A stretch of DNA of 36,493 nucleotides, from sequence record NC_034623.1. One strand, given 5' to 3'. A program made the position numbers and the translations under genes. The notes under the pieces are model-generated. The model was given only the letters and a program-made list of their open reading frames with translations. It was not told the DNA's origin and made no database searches. Shown here piece after piece: positions 24,674 through 33,481 of this stretch. The first letter of the stretch is position 1; each line of letters starts with the position of its first letter.

Positions 24674-26209
24674 ATGTCTTCAACTTACTGTGTTCAATTA
24701 ACATCAGAAATTTTAGTATTATCTATAACTACAGTAAATCCTGTAAATTTTACATCTTTACAATTTTCATTATCTGTAAATTCTTTAGTTATCTTTCTAT
24801 TTTCAAAATATCCACTTAATTCTGGAGCTTCAAATAATTTTTGTGTGAATCAAGATGAATTTGGTTTTGCTCAAGTTGGGACAACCTTTAATATAGATTT
24901 ATCAAATTATCAAGGATATTATATGTTAATTTTAATTTATCCACAAGGATTTAGTTTCTATAATTATACAAGTTGTTCAATTGTTAGTAATTTGACTATG
25001 ACTTTTCAGAATACTACAATTTCACCGATTACAAATGAAACAGTAAACAATAATTTTGATGGTCAAGGAGAAACTGGATTTTGTACATGTTTTAATATAC
25101 AAAGCCATATTTTAGGAACTACTTGTAACAATTCAAATTATGTTCCAATTATTTCATTAAATGATCTAAATAATCAATTATTAATAATGACATGTCAAGC
25201 ATTTGTATATGAAAATAATACAACTGTAGGATTTGTAACACCAAGTACATGTAGTTATTTTGGAGGATTTATATCAGCAAATATAACATTTATTGCAAAT
25301 CAACAAGTTATAGATTTTCTAAATAATAATAATATTTCTTATAATATTTTATCATCTACTTCATGTCAATCAACTTCTAGTTTATTTCCGTGTACTTCAC
25401 CATGTAAATCATTTTATCAAATTGCAAAATTACTATCTCCACCAACTAAGTATTCTATAATATCTTCAAAATTATGGAATGAAATTGTACAAGATTTATA
25501 TTTAGCTTACAGTGTATTTAAATATATTAATTATTTATCACGATTTATCTATTTAGAATATATATATCCCACAATTTTAGACTTCTATAATTTCTATGAG
25601 AACTTTCAACCATATGCATTTACTCCACTTCTACATGCAAAAAAAGGACTTCCGTTAACTGTAAATGATTTTAATAAATTAATAAATGCTATTATAGAAT
25701 TAGCAAATGAAAATAATATAAAATTGAAAAAAGGACTTTCTTATGTTCAGCATGACCAAGTAGTAAAAGCTTCACAATTTGCAGATATAGTTTATAATGT
25801 TAATCAATTTCTAACGTTTAATTATAACCAGTACTTTCTACTTAGTTGCACTGGAAACGAATTTAATAATTTATTGAGTTCAATAACTACATTTCTAAAT
25901 GTCTTAATTTCAAGTCCTATAAATAACATTACAATTCCAACTAATGTCTATATTAAAAATTTATTAATTTATAATAACGGTCTAACTATTGATATCTTTG
26001 GTTCAATAGACAAATTTTTAGTTGTTCTAAATTCTGGAACAATTATAATTGATAATAATGCTTCTATAAATACGTTAGAAATTGGAAATAATAGTGGAAC
26101 AATTCAAATTAATGATAATGCAATAATTCAAAACTTTATTTGTAATCAAAATATCGGAACTGTAAATATTTCATCAAGTGCTACAATCATAAACAATCAA
26201 TGTGCTTAA
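24674..26209 (+). CDS. Modular putative fibre/adhesin protein with C-terminal beta-solenoid repeats
   Basis: Cys-rich beta N-half, three short (L/I)TxxxWN-like motifs and terminal NSGTIxIxxNAxI repeats; translationally coupled to the upstream gene. Confidence 0.75.
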   Translation: MSSTYCVQLTSEILVLSITTVNPVNFTSLQFSLSVNSLVIFLFSKYPLNSGASNNFCVNQDEFGFAQVGTTFNIDLSNYQGYYMLILIYPQGFSFYNYTSCSIVSNLTMTFQNTTISPITNETVNNNFDGQGETGFCTCFNIQSHILGTTCNNSNYVPIISLNDLNNQLLIMTCQAFVYENNTTVGFVTPSTCSYFGGFISANITFIANQQVIDFLNNNNISYNILSSTSCQSTSSLFPCTSPCKSFYQIAKLLSPPTKYSIISSKLWNEIVQDLYLAYSVFKYINYLSRFIYLEYIYPTILDFYNFYENFQPYAFTPLLHAKKGLPLTVNDFNKLINAIIELANENNIKLKKGLSYVQHDQVVKASQFADIVYNVNQFLTFNYNQYFLLSCTGNEFNNLLSSITTFLNVLISSPINNITIPTNVYIKNLLIYNNGLTIDIFGSIDKFLVVLNSGTIIIDNNASINTLEIGNNSGTIQINDNAIIQNFICNQNIGTVNISSSATIINNQCA

Positions 26210-26278
26210 TATAAAACTTTTACATATTCGGTTTTAATTTTAAATTAAAAAGTTCTAAATTTGACCTCATAATGCTCT

Positions 26279-26761
26279 TCATAATTTACAAAATATAAAT
26301 TCTTTATTATCATCAGTTATAAAAGTTAGAACTGTGCCGTATAATTTTCGCATTAAATCAAAACGGTTCTCTGTCCAATCATGAATAGCTATACAATATT
26401 GTTTGTATTTTTGTAATTGAGAAAAATCAAGTTTACTTTCGCATCCCTCACAATCCATAACTAAAATATCAGCATTTGGATATTCTTTTCCAGTCCATTC
26501 GCCGTAAACTTCAACTTTATCACATATTTGAAATTCTTTACAAACTTTTTCTTTAAATCTTTTATTCAGCTCATCACTTTTTTCATAACCAATTATTTTC
26601 TTTGCACCTTTAAGAAGAAAATACAAAGCAGAACTTCCACAATCATTTCCAATTATTATAATTGTTTTATTTTCAACTTGCAATTTTCCATATGCATAAT
26701 CAAACTCATGCCAATAACAACACTCTAATTTACAAAAATAATCTTTATAATTTATACTCAT
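26279..26761 (-). CDS. SAM-dependent methyltransferase (FkbM-like; SIRV ORF158-like)
   Basis: IIIIGNDCGSSALYF, IIGYEK, LVMDCEGCE. Confidence 0.85.
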   Translation of the reverse strand: MSINYKDYFCKLECCYWHEFDYAYGKLQVENKTIIIIGNDCGSSALYFLLKGAKKIIGYEKSDELNKRFKEKVCKEFQICDKVEVYGEWTGKEYPNADILVMDCEGCESKLDFSQLQKYKQYCIAIHDWTENRFDLMRKLYGTVLTFITDDNKEFIFCKL

Positions 26762-26763
26762 GA

Positions 26764-27687
26764 TTAAATGACCTCAAACAAAGCATAAACTTTAGCTTTC
26801 CCGGTAGCCCATGCGTAAACATTTGCAGGATTATTTACATGTATTTCCAAACTATCATTTTGTAGAATTGGAAAATTATTATATAATTGATTTCCAATAT
26901 AAACTATATAATTGCTAAGATTTTGTAAAATTATTCTTACAGTTTCAATTGGCGGACCTGAGTATAAAGGACTTGGAACTGTAGATACATCCAACTGTAA
27001 ACCTTCTATAGTTGGCGGTGATAAATATAATGAAAGTTTATTAATTGTATTAGCTAAACCGACTGTAGCCAAATAGACATATGTTAATGTATAAGCTATA
27101 GAATCAGCAATAAAATAAATTGCATTTTGTAACGAAAGACCTAATCTTTTAGCTATTGAACTAACTAATTCATAAAATGAAACATAGAAATTCTGTAAAT
27201 CTTGACTAATTATAGCTCTAGTTTGTTGAACATTTGAAATTAAATAATTTACAACATTATAAATTGTCTCATATAAAGCAATTGTATCTTTACTCAAAGT
27301 AGAAGTTACAGTTGGAACTGCAATTATAATTTTTTCATAAATTTCTTCTGGTAACTTAACAATTGAATAATATAATTGTTCATTAGAGTATAAAATTGCA
27401 TTTATTTGTTGATTTGCAGTAGCTATAAATCCAGCGATATATATTGGGTCTAATTCTGTAAGTACTGGCTGTCCAGCTACGTAAACTTCATCATAGAAAA
27501 ATCCAGAACTAGCAGTTATTGAACCTGGAATTGTCAAATTTCCATTTTTTAGAATTGAAGTAACTGCATTTCCTCCAGTTTCATACAATTGAATTAACAA
27601 AAGTGATGCAGTGTTCCACATGGAAGAAGTAAGTCTTTGAAACGGTGAAGCTAACAAACTTGAAATTGATGTATATGTAATGCTCAT
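26764..27687 (-). CDS. 307-aa probable structural protein (SIRV2 ORF309-like)
   Basis: Shares LTxxxWN and IIxQNL..V.I.N motifs with the 578-aa protein; preceded by the late-type palindrome. Confidence 0.75.
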   Translation of the reverse strand: MSITYTSISSLLASPFQRLTSSMWNTASLLLIQLYETGGNAVTSILKNGNLTIPGSITASSGFFYDEVYVAGQPVLTELDPIYIAGFIATANQQINAILYSNEQLYYSIVKLPEEIYEKIIIAVPTVTSTLSKDTIALYETIYNVVNYLISNVQQTRAIISQDLQNFYVSFYELVSSIAKRLGLSLQNAIYFIADSIAYTLTYVYLATVGLANTINKLSLYLSPPTIEGLQLDVSTVPSPLYSGPPIETVRIILQNLSNYIVYIGNQLYNNFPILQNDSLEIHVNNPANVYAWATGKAKVYALFEVI

Positions 27688-27730
27688 ATGTTTATATACT
27701 TAAATTGTAGTAAAAATAAACTCATAACTT

Positions 27731-27750
27731 ATATATCATATTATGTATAT
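27731..27750 (-). promoter_or_regulatory. Palindromic late-type element
   Basis: Minus strand atatacataatatgatatat; starts 30 bp before TTTATTTTT (27720). Confidence 0.7.
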
Positions 27751-27818
27751 CACTTGATCTAATTGTCCTCGTTACGAATTAACAATATTTTAATTTGTCA
27801 TGAACTGGAAAAATAATT

Positions 27819-28424
27819 ATGAAAATCTTTACTTTTGCAGGTTATACAAAGCATTTAGAAGAATTAGATTTTGATTATGTAGTTGTGGACAAAACTTTTA
27901 ATGATTTAACTCCCCAGTTAATCGATAAATATTCAGATAAAATAATCTGGAATGAGACAAATAGTAACATAAGATGGATCAGAATTGCTAAACAATTACT
28001 TAAAATTCTAGAAGTAGTTAAAGATTTAGATGATGATATATTTGCGATAATTGATAGTGATCTAATAGTTCCAAAAATACGTGAAATTGATCCACAAAAT
28101 AAAATTTTGACTTTATGCTATTGGCTCTATTACGATTGGGCTAATGAAATAAGACCTTTCTGCTCTGGAACAAATTACATATTTAATAAAAAACATATCG
28201 TAATTTTAGAAACTGCAATAAATGTTTATTTAGAAAAAGAATATTATAAAGAATTTCCAGTGGATATATTTCTACATGACCATATTTTGCATATAAATAT
28301 ATTAAAATTAGGAACTATACATTATGTAAAAACTCCTGAAGGAGAAAAAAGAATGGAATTTACATTTGAAAATATAAATCAAGTATTTAAACATATTCCT
28401 GAATTTGTATTAATAGCATGGTGA
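27819..28424 (+). CDS. GT-A-like glycosyltransferase (SIRV2 ORF176-like)
   Basis: YVVVDKT, FAIIDSDL (DxD), FCSGTNY; adjacent to the GT4 gene. Confidence 0.7.
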   Translation: MKIFTFAGYTKHLEELDFDYVVVDKTFNDLTPQLIDKYSDKIIWNETNSNIRWIRIAKQLLKILEVVKDLDDDIFAIIDSDLIVPKIREIDPQNKILTLCYWLYYDWANEIRPFCSGTNYIFNKKHIVILETAINVYLEKEYYKEFPVDIFLHDHILHINILKLGTIHYVKTPEGEKRMEFTFENINQVFKHIPEFVLIAW

Positions 28425-28431
28425 GGTTAAA

Positions 28432-29496
28432 TTGGAAAAGCCAATTTATTATGTTTACCCTCAACATCATGATGTCAGTTTCAAATTTATTGCTTTGCAA
28501 CATATAAAAATGTTAAAAGAAAAATATACAGTTTATGAAATTCCAGCTTTATCATTCTATCAATTTACCCCATTCAGAAATCCAATTTCAATTATTCATC
28601 CCTTCTTTTATTCAATGTGGCACTGGGGAAAAGTTGAATTTTCATTTTTTGAACAGTATAGATCTAAAGTTAGTCAAATTATTGGTGTTGAAGTCGCTGA
28701 TTCTGATAGAATAGCAGAGAAATTTATTGATTATGCAAATAATTATGCAGATAGACTAATTGGAAATTCTGAATGGACATTAAACGCTTTTAAAAATTCT
28801 GGACTAAAAATTCCAATTTTCAAAGTTGTACACAATTTCAATTCTAGATTATTGGCAAAAGATAATGAGTTAAAAGTTGATGATCAAGTTAAATATATTG
28901 AAAAAGTTAAAAATGAAAAAAAGATTAAGTTAGTAATGATATCACTTTGGCACTCTGATTTTAGAAAAGGTGCTGATTTATTTCATGTAATCGCTAAGGA
29001 AATACAAAAAGAAAGAGACGAGATTTATTTTTTAGTTAAATCTGGAGGGCCAAGAACAGATTTTCAAGATTTGAGAATGTTTAATCTCACTGGAAATACA
29101 GATTTTGACAATATAGTTAAAATGTATAGAATTTCTGACTTATATCTTCTAACTAGCAGAGGAGGAAGTTTTGAACTTAATGGACTAGAGGCATTCATTT
29201 CCAAAATTCCGACAATTGCCACAAAAGGTGGTGCATGGGAAGAATATTTTCCTAACAATTTAAAAGATTTATTAGTAGATTCTTGTAGATTTCCAGATGT
29301 TCTTTGGAATAATCCAATTCATATTGGACAAGGAGTAGAAATGTGCATGGATAAAGCTATAGATAAAATATTAGAAGTTCTGGATAAATTGGATGAATAT
29401 AAAGCAAAAATTGAAGAAAACTATAACTTTTGGCTAGAAAACTTTAGTTATGAAACTGTAAAAAAACAATTATTTAACGCTTTGACTTTTACTTAA
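28432..29496 (+). CDS. GT-B (GT4) glycosyltransferase (ORF356-like)
   Basis: RKGADL, SRGGSFELNGLEAF, PTIATKGGAWEE; TTG start after a gtgagg SD. Confidence 0.92.
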   Translation: MEKPIYYVYPQHHDVSFKFIALQHIKMLKEKYTVYEIPALSFYQFTPFRNPISIIHPFFYSMWHWGKVEFSFFEQYRSKVSQIIGVEVADSDRIAEKFIDYANNYADRLIGNSEWTLNAFKNSGLKIPIFKVVHNFNSRLLAKDNELKVDDQVKYIEKVKNEKKIKLVMISLWHSDFRKGADLFHVIAKEIQKERDEIYFLVKSGGPRTDFQDLRMFNLTGNTDFDNIVKMYRISDLYLLTSRGGSFELNGLEAFISKIPTIATKGGAWEEYFPNNLKDLLVDSCRFPDVLWNNPIHIGQGVEMCMDKAIDKILEVLDKLDEYKAKIEENYNFWLENFSYETVKKQLFNALTFT

Positions 29497-29850
29497 AAAA
29501 TCATAAATTTTTAGTAATGCTTCAACATTTTCTTCTCTCTTTAATTTCTTTATTTCTCTTATTATTTCATCATAAATATTATTAATTTTAATCAATTCCA
29601 AAACTTCTTTAATTAGCAGAATTGAAAATCTATGAGATTGTTGAACTATAACATAAATTTTTCTTGCTAATTTTTCAGCATCAAATTTGTCATATTCAAT
29701 TGAAAGTTCAACATCTGAATATTTTGCGGTAACATTATTTTCATAAAGTGTCAAAAAAAGTTTATATTTATTTTCTACAATTACTTCAGCTTGATTATCA
29801 TTTATCTTAACTATCACGTTTTCTCTTAACTTAAACTCCATGTCTATCAA
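29470..29850 (-). CDS. Hypothetical 126-aa protein
   Basis: ORF with TATA+GTC upstream (aaataaatatgtcat on the minus strand). Confidence 0.75.
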   Translation of the reverse strand: MIDMEFKLRENVIVKINDNQAEVIVENKYKLFLTLYENNVTAKYSDVELSIEYDKFDAEKLARKIYVIVQQSHRFSILLIKEVLELIKINNIYDEIIREIKKLKREENVEALLKIYDFLSKSQSVK

Positions 29851-29930
29851 TATAATATATATTTTATGACATATTTATTTCTTTAAATTTCGAGTAAATC
29901 TTAAATTGGTCATAATGTAGGAGCTATGAT

Positions 29931-31121
29931 ATGGAATTTAAAAGAGAAAGTTCCGGAATAATAAAAAGCTTTAATTCTCTAGACATTTTTTCTATAAATT
30001 TACTTTACATGGGAATTTTAAGCGGTATAAGTTATCCAATTTTTGTCTCAAGTCTTCTAAAATCTGTAAATTTACTATTTGCAATTTTAATAGGTGCAAT
30101 TTTTGGAATTCCGTTACTTGTAATGTATTATTTACTGACTAAAAAAATTCCGTTAAACGGGGGCGATTACGCTTATATTCGTTCTTCATTTTCTCCAAAG
30201 TTTTACACAATTTTCGGAATTTCACTATGGCTAATTTACGTATTTTCAGCTCCAGTATTATCTGACTTAGTACTTCTAAATTTCAATATTCCAGTAATTG
30301 AGAAATTCTTTATTTCAGAATTATTATTTGCTATCGCTTTACTTAGCATAGTTAAAAAGTCAATTTATGCATATATTGTAGACGGAATTGCAATTTTACA
30401 AATAATTGTTTCTTTAATTCTGCCAATTTCAAGTTTCCATTTTCAAGCCCCAAATTTCATATTATCAAACACTTTACTTTCAGCTTTACTATTTGATTTG
30501 TCTATGTTTCTCTTCATAAATGCGATTAGTTATATAGCTGGCGAAACAAAAAATGTAGACAAATCCATGAAAATTGGATATTTCTTAAGTTACTTTGTAG
30601 TTACAATATTAGCGTTATTAGACAGTTATTCAAATTTAAATATCTTATTTCTATTAATGCCAATATGGTTTATGAGTTATATTTTTGTAACTTCCATGAT
30701 TCAAAGTAGATTAATTCAAAATTTAGCATTTGATAAAATCTTACCTGAAAAATTTGCAAAAATAACGCCTAATGCTTTACTGTTAATCTTTATCGCTGAT
30801 ACAATTGCAAACGTTTTAGAAAATCTATTTAATTTCTCAATTTCATTTGGATTTGATGGATTATTATTCATTTTCTGGAACTTTATAATTGTTAGTTTTG
30901 CATTTCTAAAGCTAACAAACAAAAAACTATTATTTTCAATAGTAATGATTAGCCTAATTTTACAGATCTTCTTATTCTTTTATCTAGGCATATCAAATTC
31001 AATATTCTATAATTTTGTAATTCAAGGAAATGTTCTATTTGCAATATTAAGAATATTGCTAATGCCAATTTTAGGAGGAATTATTTACTTATTGAGGAGA
31101 AAAGTGATAAATGTTGAATAA
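29931..31121 (+). CDS. APC-superfamily amino-acid/solute transporter (SIRV ORF399-like)
   Basis: Roughly 11-12 hydrophobic segments; IPLNGGDYAYI and YIAGETKN APC signatures. Confidence 0.88.
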   Translation: MEFKRESSGIIKSFNSLDIFSINLLYMGILSGISYPIFVSSLLKSVNLLFAILIGAIFGIPLLVMYYLLTKKIPLNGGDYAYIRSSFSPKFYTIFGISLWLIYVFSAPVLSDLVLLNFNIPVIEKFFISELLFAIALLSIVKKSIYAYIVDGIAILQIIVSLILPISSFHFQAPNFILSNTLLSALLFDLSMFLFINAISYIAGETKNVDKSMKIGYFLSYFVVTILALLDSYSNLNILFLLMPIWFMSYIFVTSMIQSRLIQNLAFDKILPEKFAKITPNALLLIFIADTIANVLENLFNFSISFGFDGLLFIFWNFIIVSFAFLKLTNKKLLFSIVMISLILQIFLFFYLGISNSIFYNFVIQGNVLFAILRILLMPILGGIIYLLRRKVINVE

Positions 31122-31123
31122 AG

Positions 31124-32071
31124 ATGAAATTGATTTTTGGATTAAGTTCAACATTATCATATATCTTAAAAACTAATTTTCCAATTTTAGTTAATCAACT
31201 AAGATTTAAAAGAAAAACATGGAGAAATGAAACTTGGATAGATAGCGGTGGCTATCAAATTTCATTATATAGTCTAGAAATCTCTGTTGAAGATATTTTG
31301 CAAAAATATAAAAGTGTTAATGCTTACGCATTTTTTTCGCTTGATATTCCTAGTCTATTTGCACCAATAGATAAAAGAAATTTTCAATACTTTGAATACC
31401 TTTATACAAAAATTGAATGGATAGAAAAAATTATACCGGTTTTACATATTTATCCAATTCAAGATATAGATGAAGCTATCGATTTTTATAAACAATATAC
31501 TTATTATTTCGCAATTGGTGGAATTGTAGCTTCTAGTAAAATGAAAGTTCTGATTTATACTTTTCCGTGGGTATATTATGTAAGGCGAAAAATTCCTTAT
31601 CTTCATGTTTTAGGAATGTCGGCTCCATATTTTTTACAAATTTTTAATTTTGCTAATAGCATAGATACTGCAACTTATACAAAAATATCAGGATTTAGAG
31701 AAATATTGTGGTTTGATGGCTCTAGGAGATATATTGGAAATATGAAAACAAAAAGGGAAAGATATAAAATTACAAAAGAAGAAAAAGAACAATTGTTTGA
31801 ATTTTTAGATAAATATAACTTTCCATTTGAATATAACCTAAATAACAGAAAAATTTTAGAAATGATAAACGCTTATATTCTATTATATAACAATTGGAGA
31901 ATTAAGAATAAGTATACTGAATACGCTAATAAATTAAGAAAAATGGGACTAGATAGTTTGACAAGTGAGTTAATTAGAAATTATAAAATTGCAAATGAAA
32001 TATTGAAAGAGAAAAAGAATAAAAAGAAAAAAGAAAACAAATTAAAAGATGAATTAGAAATAGAGATATAA
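31124..32071 (+). CDS. TGT-fold transglycosylase (tRNA-guanine transglycosylase/DpdA-like; SIRV ORF310-like)
   Basis: WIDSGGYQ, SLDIP, IPVLH, AIGG, HVLGM, SIDT; no CxCxxC zinc motif seen. Confidence 0.85.
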   Translation: MKLIFGLSSTLSYILKTNFPILVNQLRFKRKTWRNETWIDSGGYQISLYSLEISVEDILQKYKSVNAYAFFSLDIPSLFAPIDKRNFQYFEYLYTKIEWIEKIIPVLHIYPIQDIDEAIDFYKQYTYYFAIGGIVASSKMKVLIYTFPWVYYVRRKIPYLHVLGMSAPYFLQIFNFANSIDTATYTKISGFREILWFDGSRRYIGNMKTKRERYKITKEEKEQLFEFLDKYNFPFEYNLNNRKILEMINAYILLYNNWRIKNKYTEYANKLRKMGLDSLTSELIRNYKIANEILKEKKNKKKKENKLKDELEIEI

Positions 32072-32157
32072 AAAAGAATTAAATCTTTACATTTTTAGAT
32101 TTATTTTATAACATCCTAATTTTTTAATGTCATACTACAAACCTTATTTGATCTAGA

Positions 32158-32868
32158 GTGAGGAAGATATACGCAAATGTAAAACAAATTAGAACTTATA
32201 CATCTATACGACAAAATGATAAACTTCTATGGCAAAACGATAAATTAGCATTATATTATACCTATGATTCTTCACAAGGAAAAGTGGAATGGATTATGCA
32301 AAATAAAACAAATTCTTCTATACTTGTATCACTTCTAAGAGGTGCTGAATTAAACATAAACGGTCAAATTTATACAATTCCAGAATATCTATTTGGAAAT
32401 GCTTTTGCTGAGGTCTACTTTGCAAACGACTTATCTAATTTCATAACTGACTTAAATAATATTCCACTCTATTCGTTAGCAATTGTAAATAATAATAATG
32501 GAGTTAGAACTATAGCTTTTGTCTTCCAAATACCACCAAATTCAGTAATTATAGCTCCAGAATATGGATTTACTGGATTACAAAACATAGATGGACAATT
32601 ATTAGAGACAACTCCAATAAATCAAAATCTATTCGGAATAATTTACGATTTTAGCGAAATTATTGAGTATGAATATCAAACTGGAATTAACGTGAACTAT
32701 CCTCCAGATCCTTACATAGTTCAGAGCTATCAATTTCTAGTTGACAATTTAGGACAAATTATGACTCAGAGATTAATACTAGAAATACCAGAGAGCGATA
32801 TAAATGCTGTAAAATCTTTAGTTTCAGATTTTCAAAAAGTAATAGATAAATTAAAGAAGATATTTTAA
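32158..32868 (+). CDS. 236-aa beta-rich protein of unknown function (possibly virion-associated)
   Basis: Long ORF, GTG start, TATA+GTC upstream (tttttaatgtc); C-terminal amphipathic helix. Confidence 0.75.
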   Translation: MRKIYANVKQIRTYTSIRQNDKLLWQNDKLALYYTYDSSQGKVEWIMQNKTNSSILVSLLRGAELNINGQIYTIPEYLFGNAFAEVYFANDLSNFITDLNNIPLYSLAIVNNNNGVRTIAFVFQIPPNSVIIAPEYGFTGLQNIDGQLLETTPINQNLFGIIYDFSEIIEYEYQTGINVNYPPDPYIVQSYQFLVDNLGQIMTQRLILEIPESDINAVKSLVSDFQKVIDKLKKIF

Positions 32869-32953
32869 GCAATACAATTTGTATTTTTTAAAAATCAAAG
32901 TTCTTTTAAAGTTTTATATTTGTCATATTTCTTTTTTATATATTTGATATAAA

Positions 32954-33202
32954 ATGACTGAATCACAAGGTAGAAAAATTAGATTAGGAAGAAAAGAAAA
33001 AGAATTATTAGATTTTTTAAAAAATTATCAAGACGGAATTTGGAGAGATGAATTAATAAAACATTTTGTTCATAATACTGATTATTATGACTTTTTTATG
33101 GACAGATTGTATAATTTGAAGCAAAAAGGACTTATAGAAATAAAAAAGGTAACAAATCCAGAAACTGGAAGAAAAAAATTACGTGTTTATTTGAAACAAT
33201 GA
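32954..33202 (+). CDS. 82-aa winged-helix protein (paralog of 5075-5323)
   Basis: LGRKEKELLDFLK..GIWRDE..RLYNLKQKGLIEIK..GRKKLRVYLKQ; colinear with the left copy. Confidence 0.8.
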   Translation: MTESQGRKIRLGRKEKELLDFLKNYQDGIWRDELIKHFVHNTDYYDFFMDRLYNLKQKGLIEIKKVTNPETGRKKLRVYLKQ

Positions 33203-33214
33203 TTTTTTTGTTTT

Positions 33215-33409
33215 TTAATGATGAAAACAATGAGACCAAAGGTCTACAAAAATTCCAGCTATAATTATCAGTTGAAAGATTATAATTAATTTCAAGATTT
33301 CATTATGAACTAAAAAATAAAGAATGAAAGACAAAATAAAGAGAATTATCAGACCGTATAAATCATGAGTTTTTCCATGAGTAAAATAATAAAACATGTT
33401 ACAACTCAT
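33215..33409 (-). CDS. 64-aa two-TM membrane protein with His/Cys-rich termini
   Basis: THGKTHD..hydrophobic..DLWSHCFHH; TATA+GTC upstream. Confidence 0.6.
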   Translation of the reverse strand: MSCNMFYYFTHGKTHDLYGLIILFILSFILYFLVHNEILKLIIIFQLIIIAGIFVDLWSHCFHH

Positions 33410-33481
33410 AAATTTAAGTTAAAAAATGACAATTTAAAAGCTATTGAAAAACTAGAAAAAAATAACTATTTCTTTTTGATA

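Noticed and set aside
26528-30922. Short ORFs 26528..26728, 29064..29258 and 30716..30922
   Set aside because: All are antisense shadows inside well-supported genes (methyltransferase, GT4, transporter).
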